From an uncultured Planctomycetota bacterium (GTDB lineage Bacteria > Planctomycetota > SKW154 > DAOVDS01): DNA of 64,000 bases. Positions 27,694 through 36,420 of this stretch are shown one piece after another. Position 1 is the first letter of the stretch; each line of letters starts with the position of its first letter. Location: NCBI GenBank assembly GCA_964641955.1, contig CAZXNM010000010.1, forward strand, positions 65 through 64,064. Direction: 5' to 3'. A program made the translations under genes and the position numbers. The notes under the pieces are model-generated. The model saw only the letters and a program-made list of their open reading frames with translations. It did not search any database and was not told the origin of the DNA.

Positions 27694-27712
27694 AAGCAAC
27701 CTGCGTGCCACT
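27694..27712 (-). promoter_or_regulatory. Sigma54 (-24/-12) promoter: minus-strand TGGCACG-cagg-TTGCT driving the operon below
   Basis: Minus-strand read of 27712..27696 is TGGCACGCAGGTTGCTT, matching the consensus TGGCACG-N4-TTGCW with GG-N10-GC spacing exact. Predicted start site near 27684, about 250 nt upstream of the first operon gene and next to an NtrC-family activator gene. Confidence 0.6.
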
Positions 27713-27737
27713 TGTGGTTAACTAAAGGAGTTGAATC

Positions 27738-27923
27738 GCAACCTCTTGCCATAAAAGGACTTGAGGTTGCACAAAGCCTTTGCCTGTCGGAGAAAGCGGG
27801 ACGACCTCTGCTGCTAGTGCAACAGCAATGCTGTCTTGCGCTGCACTAAGGCATCTAACATATTGTCAGACAAGGGCTTATGGATGTGTGCAAGGATTGA
27901 ACACTACTGATGGATTTCCATCA
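27738..27923. promoter_or_regulatory. Three palindromes upstream of the sigma54 promoter (candidate enhancer/UAS sites)
   Basis: GCAACCTC-N17-GAGGTTGC at 27738-27770, TAGTGCA-N20-TGCACTA at 27815-27848, and TGATGGA-tt-TCCATCA at 27908-27923, all 25-215 bp upstream of the -24 element. Confidence 0.4.
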
Positions 27924-27931
27924 CGCATCAG

Positions 27932-29374
27932 CTATTCGGGGCTGCTGGTCACGATACCGTATTTCTTGATTCTGTGCCGCAGAGTGTTTCTGCTGACACC
28001 CAGCATTCTGGCGGCTTTGACCTGGTTGTTGCCGCATTCCCCGAGAGACCTTCTGACAAGCATTTCTTCAACCAAGTCTATGAGATTCGCATGTATCCCC
28101 TGACTGGAAATCTGGAGTACGTCGGATATCGCATCTTCAATTCTGGCTTTGACGTTAGCGAGGAGTTTCTCTTGGATTCCAGTGCGAGAAATGTCTTTCT
28201 CGTCTTCAAGTTCTATATGCTCATCAGCAACAACATCGCTCTTGCAGATTAGAATCGCCCGCTTTATACAGTTCTCAAGCTCCCTTACGTTGCCCGGCCA
28301 TGAGTACGACTGGAGCTTTCTTATCGCCGTATCGGCAACGAATCGCACCGGTTTGTCGAGTTCCTTGCCGAAACGTCCGACAAAGTAATCTACAAGAGCA
28401 GGGATGTCTTCCAGGCGTCTCCGTAGAGGAGGAAGGTCGATGGAGATCACCTTGAGGCGCCAGTACAAGTCTTCTCTGAACTTCCCTTCCTCGACCTCCT
28501 TTTCCAGATTCTTGTTAGTGGCCGCTATCATGCGCACGTTTATCTTGACAGTCTCCGAACCTCCAAGCCTTTCAAACTCTCCTTCCTGCAGTACTCTCAA
28601 CACCTTGGACTGAGTGGATAGCGACATATCTCCTATCTCATCGAAGAACAGCGTGCCGTTGTTGCATCTCTCAAACTTGCCGATGAAACTGCGATCGGCA
28701 CCGGTAAAAGCACCGCGCTCGTATCCAAACAGCTCACTTTCAAAGAGGTTGTCGGGTATAGCCGCGCAGTTTATCGCTAAAAAGGGCTTGTCTTTCCTGT
28801 GACTGTGGTGGTATATCGCCCTCGCGACAAGCTCCTTTCCCGTCCCGCTCTCCCCTGTTATCAGGACACTAACGTCCTTACCCGCGACCTGTCCAATGAG
28901 CTTGAATACTTCCTGCATTCTCTGGTGGCTGCCGACAATCTTGACGACGCCCTTGCCCGCCGGAGAGACCTTACTCACGTCGTGAGGGAAGCTAACAACC
29001 TCTTTCATTAAACGGTTCACTTCGAGTGCATCTGCAGCTATCCTTTTAAGCTGCTCCATGTCGAAAGGCTTGAGCAGGTAATCGTACGCACCCAGCTTCA
29101 TAGCTTCGATGGCGGTTTCCGTCGTTCCGTATGCAGTCATAATTATCACGGGCGTCTTGAGTTGCGCTTTCCTGATTTCCTTGAGCGTCTCAAGCCCGCT
29201 CAATCCCGGCATCTTGTAGTCAAGCAAGACCAAGTCGAATTGTTCCTCCGACAATCGCTTGAGCGCTGAGGTGCCGTCGGTGCATGTGCTCACATTATAT
29301 TTCTGCTTCGTGAACAGCCGCTTCAGGAAATGCAGCAGACTCTCATCATTGTCAACCAGCAGTATCTTATCCAT
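27932..29374 (-). CDS. Sigma54-dependent response regulator (NtrC/Fis family; receiver, AAA+ and HTH domains)
   Basis: From the ATG: MDKILLVDNDESLL...D54-like LLDYKMPG, a sigma54-interaction domain (GESGTGKELVARAIH, GAFTGA, ESELFGYERGAFTGA) and a C-terminal Fis-type HTH (VKAARMLGVSRNTLRHRIKKYGI). The ORF track begins at an upstream TTG (29464). Confidence 0.85.
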   Translation of the reverse strand: MDKILLVDNDESLLHFLKRLFTKQKYNVSTCTDGTSALKRLSEEQFDLVLLDYKMPGLSGLETLKEIRKAQLKTPVIIMTAYGTTETAIEAMKLGAYDYLLKPFDMEQLKRIAADALEVNRLMKEVVSFPHDVSKVSPAGKGVVKIVGSHQRMQEVFKLIGQVAGKDVSVLITGESGTGKELVARAIYHHSHRKDKPFLAINCAAIPDNLFESELFGYERGAFTGADRSFIGKFERCNNGTLFFDEIGDMSLSTQSKVLRVLQEGEFERLGGSETVKINVRMIAATNKNLEKEVEEGKFREDLYWRLKVISIDLPPLRRRLEDIPALVDYFVGRFGKELDKPVRFVADTAIRKLQSYSWPGNVRELENCIKRAILICKSDVVADEHIELEDEKDISRTGIQEKLLANVKARIEDAISDVLQISSQGIHANLIDLVEEMLVRRSLGECGNNQVKAARMLGVSRNTLRHRIKKYGIVTSSPE

Positions 29375-29429
29375 GTGCTCTGTCACCTTCCGAGGTCTTG
29401 AGGCGGGAAGCTGTTCTCTGCTGCCGGCC

Positions 29430-31274
29430 CTAGTCGCCTCGCTCGTGTACCACGGGAAGAACAATCGAGAAACTCGACCCCTTTCCCTGTTTACTCTCTA
29501 CATGGATTTCTCCTCCATGCGCCCGTATGGTGGTTTGGGCAATTGAGAGTCCCAGCCCCGTTCCCGACGCCTTTGTAGTGAAGAACGGGTCAAACAATTT
29601 CAGGATGGATTCTGATTCTATCCCAGGGCCCGTATCACCCACCTCGATTCGCACACAATTTTGCAACCTGCCATCAAGCTCCTCGCGGCCAGAAGTCGCC
29701 CTTATGGTCAAGACGCCCTTCACGGTCATGGCCTCAAGTGCATTCACCAGAAGATTCAGGAGAGCTTCGCCGAGTTGCTTCTTGTCACCTCTTATATCCG
29801 GGAGGCCATTGGCGATGTCCTTTCTGACGATGGTCTCCTGCTGGTAGGCTTTCGGCTGGACGACGAGAAATGAGTCATCAATCAGCTGCGCGATATTCAC
29901 GGTCGAGAAGACAGGTTCCTGGGGTTTGGCGAAATCGAGGAACCGGTTTATCGTCGCCTCTATCCGCTTTACCTGCAACATGGCAAGCTCGAAATCCTTT
30001 GTGTATTCTGGCGAGATTTCTATCTCGCTTTTCACCGACTGCAGAAAGAGCTTCAATGACGAAAGCGGCGTTCTTATCTCATGCGTGACACCGGCTGCCA
30101 GCTGCCCAAGTGCGGCAAGCCGCTGCGACCTGGCTGCCGCTTCCTCGGTTCTGCGCAGCTTCACGTCGGTTTCTTTCAATTCCGTCTGTGTTGACTCTAC
30201 TTTTTCCTCGAGGCTGTTGTGTTTGGCCTGAAGCTGACTCGCCATGTTGCCAAACGCAGTGTAGAGAACGCCTATCTCGTCGCCGCGGTCCGTCTTCAAC
30301 TGCGTACCCGTAAAATCGCCTCTCGCCAACATGTCCGCCGCGCTGCTCAGTCGTTCTACTGGCCTGGCGATGTAGTACCCGAGGAGCCAAGCAACTGCGA
30401 TGGCGGCGAGGATTGACAGGATAAATACTGTAAGCACGTAGCGCTTCAGTCGATCCGAGCTTTCAAATGCTTCATCCCTGTCCTGCTCGACCACGAGATG
30501 CCAATCCGTGCCAGAAACACCACGTGTTGCTCCAAGAACTTCGATACCCCTGTAGTCCGTGTAGGCACTCTTCCGGTTTCTCTTGCCAAAGATGTTCTTG
30601 AAGCTCCCCGACTGGGCTATGCTCTCAGAAAGAATCCGTTGGGGCTCCTTGTGCGCAAGGAAGGTTCCCTCCTTGTCCACAAGATAGCATTCGCCTGTCC
30701 GGCCAAGAGAAACCTTGAGCACTATGGAAGAAATCGCCTCCGTGCCCACCACTTCGCAGATAACACCACGGATTGCGCCTTTCTCGCCGTATATCGGCGC
30801 TGAAATCCGAAAGACAGATTCGTTCCAGTGCGGCTCGATACTGATTTCGGACAGATACAGCTCGCCAGCCCGGGCCCGTTTGAACCATTCCTCGCCTGAA
30901 TGGTCTCCCTTTTCCGGGGAGTTATTGAAAAGAGTGTCCCCATCCTTGTTGACAATCATAAATCCCCTGTAAACCCCGTATTCTTTCCCGACAAGCTCGA
31001 TATACGGGCGCATCAGGGACGGGTCCATCGCTTTCACCACAGACGAACCGGCTATTACCCGAGCATCCGCCTTGCGTTCCAAGAGCCACCTTTCAACCAG
31101 GTCCCTCTTGTCGTTGGCAACATTTTCCAGGCGGCTGGTTACCATGTTCGTGATAAGCTCATCCGCAGTGTGCACTGAGAAGACACTTACTACTCCCAAA
31201 GGCACGATTGATACTATCATGAAGAGTAGCATTACTCTGACGTGAAGCCTGTTGAGGAATCCGACAGCTGCCAA
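29430..31274 (-). CDS. Sensor histidine kinase (extracytoplasmic Cache/PDC-like sensor, HAMP, HisKA, HATPase_c)
   Basis: N-terminal transmembrane helix, a sensor domain of about 250 aa, a second helix, HAMP, an H-box (LAAGVTHEIRTPLSSL), and N/G1/G2 boxes (LLNLLVNALEAM, DTGPGI, GTGLGLSI). Its 3' end overlaps the regulator gene. Confidence 0.8.
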   Translation of the reverse strand: MAAVGFLNRLHVRVMLLFMIVSIVPLGVVSVFSVHTADELITNMVTSRLENVANDKRDLVERWLLERKADARVIAGSSVVKAMDPSLMRPYIELVGKEYGVYRGFMIVNKDGDTLFNNSPEKGDHSGEEWFKRARAGELYLSEISIEPHWNESVFRISAPIYGEKGAIRGVICEVVGTEAISSIVLKVSLGRTGECYLVDKEGTFLAHKEPQRILSESIAQSGSFKNIFGKRNRKSAYTDYRGIEVLGATRGVSGTDWHLVVEQDRDEAFESSDRLKRYVLTVFILSILAAIAVAWLLGYYIARPVERLSSAADMLARGDFTGTQLKTDRGDEIGVLYTAFGNMASQLQAKHNSLEEKVESTQTELKETDVKLRRTEEAAARSQRLAALGQLAAGVTHEIRTPLSSLKLFLQSVKSEIEISPEYTKDFELAMLQVKRIEATINRFLDFAKPQEPVFSTVNIAQLIDDSFLVVQPKAYQQETIVRKDIANGLPDIRGDKKQLGEALLNLLVNALEAMTVKGVLTIRATSGREELDGRLQNCVRIEVGDTGPGIESESILKLFDPFFTTKASGTGLGLSIAQTTIRAHGGEIHVESKQGKGSSFSIVLPVVHERGD

Positions 31275-31356
31275 GAGAACTTCCTTCCCTGTTGTAGCTT
31301 ATGGCCTCACTGACATTCTACCAGTTGTTTCGCCAGCGTCAACCTTGCCTGCGAGG

Positions 31357-31392
31357 GAAATGGCGGCAGGTTGTCAAACCTGCCGCCATTTC
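31357..31392. terminator. 14-bp perfect hairpin (GAAATGGCGGCAGG-ttgtcaaa-CCTGCCGCCATTTC) between the GltB-like paralog 2 and the kinase gene
   Basis: Seen directly in sequence. A T-run follows on the plus strand only. It may act as a terminator or processing element separating the gdh-gltB2 unit from the two-component genes. Confidence 0.35.
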
Positions 31393-31420
31393 TTTATCCT
31401 TCGCTCGAAGCAGTGCCCGC

Positions 31421-33010
31421 TCACGAATTTAGGATTTCTTCCGCCTGAGACCTATAAGCATCCATGACGTATGGAATGCCCGTAATATCGGTGCATTCCC
31501 TCGAAAGGCTCATGAGGTCATCGCGGGAAATCTTGTCGAGAGTGAAGTGCCGGGCTCCAGCCATCAGCTGCTGAAGTCCGACCGACATCTTCTGGGCGTA
31601 CGAGTATATTCCAATCGCGCCCAGCGGTATGTTCTTCATCTCGTCCTTGCCGACTATGTCTGCCACTTCCTCCCAGCAGACGAAAAGCTCTTCCGGCTTC
31701 GCGCCGTAGCCTTCAAGTGACTTGGGCAGATTGTTGTCCTTGATCCACTCGGCTGCGTTCTTGCCGACCATACCGGGTATCATAAGCGCGCGTCCCATGC
31801 AGATTGCCTTCACGTAAGGAGCGCCAAGCGCGATAGCCTTGAAGGCATGGTCTTCTGCGCTGAATCCGCCTGCAAACGCCAGGTCGGGAACCCTCTCGCC
31901 ATTCTTGGTCAGCTTATCGGCAAACTGGACTGCCGCAGCGTGCAGGTGCAGAGTCGGCACGCCCCACTCGTTCATCATGCGCCACGGGCTCATGCCGGTA
32001 CCGCCACCAGCGCCGTCTATCGTGAGAAGGTCAACTTCGCCCTTGCTGCCCCATTTGAGGGCCATGGCGAGTTCGCGAAGACCGTAGGCCCCAGTCTTGA
32101 GAGTGATTCTCTCGAATCCGATCTTACGCAAACGGTCACATTCCGCGAGGAACGACTCCTCGCTTATGAAGCCCAGCCTGCTGTGACGCTCGAATTCCTT
32201 TATCGCTCCGTCCTTGAATGCGGCCTGAACGACAGGATCCTCGGGGTCGGGTGTCACGATGTAGCCCCGGCCCTTCAACTGCAGTGCTCTTTCCAGTGAG
32301 CCTATCTTTATCTCGCCGCCGATGCATTTCGCGCCCTGGCCCCACTTGAGTTCTATCGTGTTCAGGCCGTGCTTCTCGTGAACGTACTCCCCAACACCAA
32401 GCCGGGTGTCTTCTACGTTCATCTGAACGAGAATCTCACCGTAACCTCTGTGGTAGCGCTTGTAGACCTCCATGCGGCGGTCCATGTCGGGCGCTTTGAC
32501 GACCTTGCCGTTCTTGAGCTCAAGCTTGGGGTCAATACCGCAGACATTCTCGCCACATACGATGGTGCATCCGGCCAGTGCCGCGCCGATTGCGAAGTGC
32601 TCCCAGTTCGCCCGTGCTATTTCCGTTGAACCCAGCGCACCTGTAAAGAACGGGGCGAGCATCTTGACTTTCTTCTCCCAGCCGTACTCGGTTTCAACAC
32701 TTACAGCGGGAAAAGTACATGTGTCAGGGTTTGCATCTACGCCCTCAGGGAGCCCATCGCCGCCAAGTGCGTAACCCTGGATGTTAAGGTGCGTGTAGTC
32801 AACGGGATAGTCCTTGTCGGCACCTGCGGTTACCTTGCCGAACGGTCCCGGGTAGATAAGTTCCCTGCCCCGGAAAGTTGCCAGCCAGACTTCGCAAGTA
32901 CCGCGACAACCATCAACGCACCGTGAACATAAACCTGAAAGCGGCGCCACGCTCCGCGACCTGTTTGAGGTCTTGGTGGCATCATCTGCATTTGGCCTCT
33001 GCAGCGTCAT
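31421..33010 (-). CDS. Standalone glutamate-synthase central-domain (FMN/Fe-S) protein, paralog 2
   Basis: Colinear with the 22079..23656 product (CSRCVDGCRGTCEV ... MSPWRMMNEWGVP ... same C-terminal region) at about 40% identity. AAGGAAGG RBS. Confidence 0.8.
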   Translation of the reverse strand: MTLQRPNADDATKTSNRSRSVAPLSGLCSRCVDGCRGTCEVWLATFRGRELIYPGPFGKVTAGADKDYPVDYTHLNIQGYALGGDGLPEGVDANPDTCTFPAVSVETEYGWEKKVKMLAPFFTGALGSTEIARANWEHFAIGAALAGCTIVCGENVCGIDPKLELKNGKVVKAPDMDRRMEVYKRYHRGYGEILVQMNVEDTRLGVGEYVHEKHGLNTIELKWGQGAKCIGGEIKIGSLERALQLKGRGYIVTPDPEDPVVQAAFKDGAIKEFERHSRLGFISEESFLAECDRLRKIGFERITLKTGAYGLRELAMALKWGSKGEVDLLTIDGAGGGTGMSPWRMMNEWGVPTLHLHAAAVQFADKLTKNGERVPDLAFAGGFSAEDHAFKAIALGAPYVKAICMGRALMIPGMVGKNAAEWIKDNNLPKSLEGYGAKPEELFVCWEEVADIVGKDEMKNIPLGAIGIYSYAQKMSVGLQQLMAGARHFTLDKISRDDLMSLSRECTDITGIPYVMDAYRSQAEEILNS

Positions 33011-33507
33011 CTCGACCTTCCTTTCTCTATAAAACCCTGTCTAAACCGAATCCCAAACACGTGTGCCTATTTTCACCCCCTTCTTGCTATCGGTCTGAAG
33101 ACTCGTTCGAAAAGACCAATGACAGCCAACCTTGTCTATGCAAACCCCGAATCACCGGGGACAGCAACATACTGGCGAGGCAGATGTGTCCGGACTGGAT
33201 TTCGTGACGAAGCAGGGCGGGTGGGTTGTGCAAAACCTCTTCTGCGGCAACCATACAGCGCGTTTCTGGCAAAATATAACCTCCTGGCCCTTTGCTTGTC
33301 ATGCTCCCACTCCTTTTGCATGCATGACACGGCCGAGGAGGTACCTTGGTAACCACCAAATCTTGCCAAAAGCAGCCCAAGTCATAGTATGACTTGAGCT
33401 GCATTCAGCCCTGAGGAGGGCAGTCCCCCCACGGGTAGCACAGCCGTTGCTGTCTCAGCTGCTGGTGGTTCCTCGGCACCTCAAAACCCTTAATTAACCC
33501 GGTTGTC

Positions 33508-34629
33508 TTACAGATTGTGCTTGCGGAACCCCATGGCCGCCTTCACCCTCTCCTTGGCCATGTTGATTGCCGCGTCCCTGGGCAGGTCGCCGCCCTTGAC
33601 CCTGTCGAGAAGTTCCTTCACGTTCTGCTCGATTCTGAATTTGATGAACGGGAAGACCTCGTTTTCGCTCTTGTCGTGATACTCAAGGGCACCACAGATG
33701 ACTCCGCCGGCATTGGCGATGAAGTCCGGTATGACCAGGACGCCCCTTTTGTGAAGCTCGGCCTCCGCCTCGACTGTCGCGGGAATGTTTGCGCCCTGAA
33801 CAATCAGCCTGGCCTTGACGCCCGCGACGTTGTCCATGGTGATGCAGTCCGGCCTTGCTGAAGGATAGAGAATGTCGCACTCGGCCGTGACGACATCCTC
33901 TTTCTTCGAGAGCTTCTCGGCTTTCTTGTAATCCGTGACCTTGCCGGTCTTGGCCTTGACCTTGACGAGTTCATCGACGTCGATGCCGTCGGGGTTGTAG
34001 ATGGCGCCCTTGCTGTCGCTGGCGCCGACGAGAATCGCGCCCCTCTCGTCCATGAATTGCGCCGTGGGCCGGCCCACGTTGCCGAACCCCTCGATGACGT
34101 ACTTGGAGCCTTTGATGTCTATCTTCGCCGTCGGGGCGGCCACTTCGGTCGCAATTACGCAGCCGTACGCGGTCGCGCCGATTTCATCAAGCGGAATGCC
34201 GCCGAGGCTCCTCGGCAGGCCGACGCAGCGCCCTATCTCGTCGAAGACGTACGCCATGCTGCCTTCGTCGGTGCCCATGTCCGGGCCGGGGATGTACTCG
34301 GTGACGTTGCGAATCATCCGGGCGAAGGTGCGAATCAGTTCTTCGCGCTTCTCCTCGGGCTGGGTCGGGTCGGCGATAATGCCGGATTTCCCGCCGCCGT
34401 GCTTCAGGCCAGCCGCAGCGTTCTTAAAGGTCATGCCCCTGGCGAGCCTGAAAACCTCGGTTGTCGTGACATCGGGCACCATCCTGACGCCGCCTATCGC
34501 GGGGCCCCTCGCCACGTTGTCAACGCATACTATAGCTCTCAGCCCCACTTTCGGCTCATAGAGATGCATTACTCTCATGGGACCAATATCATCCTGCAGA
34601 TTTTCGCAGATGAAATCGCAAGGTTCCAT
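33508..34629 (-). CDS. Glu/Leu/Phe/Val-family amino-acid dehydrogenase (glutamate dehydrogenase-like)
   Basis: A GGxK active-site region (KHGGGKSGI) and an NAD(P) Rossmann motif (GFGNVG), 373 aa. GGAGGTG RBS 5 nt before the ATG at 34629. Confidence 0.85.
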   Translation of the reverse strand: MEPCDFICENLQDDIGPMRVMHLYEPKVGLRAIVCVDNVARGPAIGGVRMVPDVTTTEVFRLARGMTFKNAAAGLKHGGGKSGIIADPTQPEEKREELIRTFARMIRNVTEYIPGPDMGTDEGSMAYVFDEIGRCVGLPRSLGGIPLDEIGATAYGCVIATEVAAPTAKIDIKGSKYVIEGFGNVGRPTAQFMDERGAILVGASDSKGAIYNPDGIDVDELVKVKAKTGKVTDYKKAEKLSKKEDVVTAECDILYPSARPDCITMDNVAGVKARLIVQGANIPATVEAEAELHKRGVLVIPDFIANAGGVICGALEYHDKSENEVFPFIKFRIEQNVKELLDRVKGGDLPRDAAINMAKERVKAAMGFRKHNL

Positions 34630-34674
34630 AATTCACCTCCTCTACGCGCTGTTGAAACAATCGTTTACCGAAGA

Positions 34675-34693
34675 GCGCCATTGTAAATGGCGC
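34675..34693. promoter_or_regulatory. Perfect palindrome GCGCCATT-gta-AATGGCGC about 45 nt upstream of the GDH start
   Basis: 8-bp arms seen directly in sequence. Candidate operator in the GDH promoter region. Confidence 0.3.
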
Positions 34694-34828
34694 GCCACGC
34701 GAGTCAACCCCAAATGAAGACTATTTGCTAAAAAAACCTTCCGCTGCGGTCTGTGACAAAACCGTGACAGTAACCGGTAGTATTAATCGTACTGGAATGA
34801 ATGCGCCACAGCGTAACCGCGGGGAAGC

Positions 34829-35734
34829 ATGGGACCTGAACGCGAAAGCGCCGATGCAGAGCTGCAGGAGCTTCGCGGAAAGCTCGCCTCGAAGCTTGAC
34901 GACGCCGTCAGGCGCCAGCGGGGAAAGCTCAAGAAGCTGTCCGAGGCGCTCGCCGAGTGCGATTCTGAGGAGAAGTACTGGCGGTTCGGCGAGCTGCTCA
35001 AGGCGAACCTCTCGAAACTCAGGCGCGGACAGGAAAAAGTGAAAGTTCCGGACTACTACGCCGAGGGCCAGCCCGAAATCGAAATCGAGCTTATGCCCGA
35101 GAAGACGCCGCTCGAGAACATGGAGCGGTATTTCAGGCGCGCCAGGAAGCTCAAACGCGGCAGGCCCCGCATAGAGAGGGAGATGGAGGCGGCACAGGAC
35201 GCGGCCGGCCAGCTCGAAGGCTTGGCCGCCTCGGTCGCGAACATCTCCGATTACGAGAAGCTCGTGGAAGTCGCCGGAAAGGTCGAAGAGGCGCTGGCGC
35301 CCAAAAGGCCTAAAAAGCCCAAGGGCACGCCGCTGGCGAAGCTCGGGCCCAAGCGGTTCGTCAGCTCAGAAGGATTCGAGATTCTCGTGGGCCGCAACCA
35401 GAAACAGAACGACAGGCTGACCCTGACTATCGCGCGCGGGTCGGACCTGTTCATGCACGCGGGCGGCGCTCCCGGCTCGCACGTCATAATCCGCGCAGGA
35501 AGCGCCAACGACTTCCCGAAACAGACCATGCTGGAGGCGGCCAACCTCGCCGCGTACTATTCTAAAGCCCGCAACAGCCGCTTCGTCGAGGTCTCCTGGA
35601 CCCGCGTGAAAAACGTCCGCAAGCCCCGTGGCGCGAAACCCGGCCTGGTCTATCTTGCCCGGCACAAAATACTCGCTATTGAACCCGACGAGGACATGGT
35701 TAGGATACTGCATGAGAATGCCAAGGAGTTATAG
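34829..35734 (+). CDS. NFACT-R (DUF814) domain protein resembling the C-terminal half of RqcH/FbpA
   Basis: A coiled-coil region followed by a DUF814 core (FEILVGRNQKQNDRLT...MHAGGAPGSHVIIR). No NFACT-N domain is encoded upstream; 34630-34828 is non-coding. Confidence 0.55.
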   Translation: MGPERESADAELQELRGKLASKLDDAVRRQRGKLKKLSEALAECDSEEKYWRFGELLKANLSKLRRGQEKVKVPDYYAEGQPEIEIELMPEKTPLENMERYFRRARKLKRGRPRIEREMEAAQDAAGQLEGLAASVANISDYEKLVEVAGKVEEALAPKRPKKPKGTPLAKLGPKRFVSSEGFEILVGRNQKQNDRLTLTIARGSDLFMHAGGAPGSHVIIRAGSANDFPKQTMLEAANLAAYYSKARNSRFVEVSWTRVKNVRKPRGAKPGLVYLARHKILAIEPDEDMVRILHENAKEL

Positions 35735-35743
35735 GAGGTAGAC

Positions 35744-36406
35744 ATGAAGCTTCTGACTGGCATGATGCTGTTCTGCCTGATAGCCGCCGGCTGCGCATCG
35801 ACGCAGAGCGATGCGTATGAGAACGCCGTGAAGGCGTTCAACGAGATTAAGAAAGGCGACGAGGCGCTCAAGAAGAATGACCTGGACACGGCCATTAAGC
35901 ATTACGAGCAATCACTTGCAATCGCGCCCGAAGCGCCCAAGCACAGGTTCGCCTACGCGCAGCTCCTTTACTGGAAAGGGCTCACGTACGCCCAGGCGAG
36001 CCACAGGGAATGGGCCAGAACCGAGGGCTGGACGCTGGATGACAAGATAAACGAATGGCAGAAGACGCAGGATGCTCTCTCCGAAGCGGAAAAGCAGCTC
36101 AAGCTCAAGAAGAGCGCCGAATGGAGGCGCGAGGGGCTGATATACTTCACGAAAGCCATCAGGGAACTCGAACTCTGCGACGCCGCCTGGGGCTACGCCG
36201 TCGAGGCCGTGCCTTACGCGAAAGGCATCGTCTTCGTGTTCATGGACAGGTTCGATGATGCCGTCAAGGAGTTCAACAGGGTGCTCGAAAGCCAGCGCGT
36301 CAGGGATGATATCCGGCAGAAAATCCAGAACGTCATCAAGCACATAAGAAAGTACCAGCAGGACCTCGCAAACCAGGGCCGCAGCATGGACACGTCCGAG
36401 CCATAG
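35744..36406 (+). CDS. Hypothetical TPR-like lipoprotein
   Basis: MKLLTGMMLFCLIAAGC lipobox, then an alpha-helical repeat-like sequence. Confidence 0.45.
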   Translation: MKLLTGMMLFCLIAAGCASTQSDAYENAVKAFNEIKKGDEALKKNDLDTAIKHYEQSLAIAPEAPKHRFAYAQLLYWKGLTYAQASHREWARTEGWTLDDKINEWQKTQDALSEAEKQLKLKKSAEWRREGLIYFTKAIRELELCDAAWGYAVEAVPYAKGIVFVFMDRFDDAVKEFNRVLESQRVRDDIRQKIQNVIKHIRKYQQDLANQGRSMDTSEP

Positions 36407-36420
36407 GAGGGAAGCGGCGG

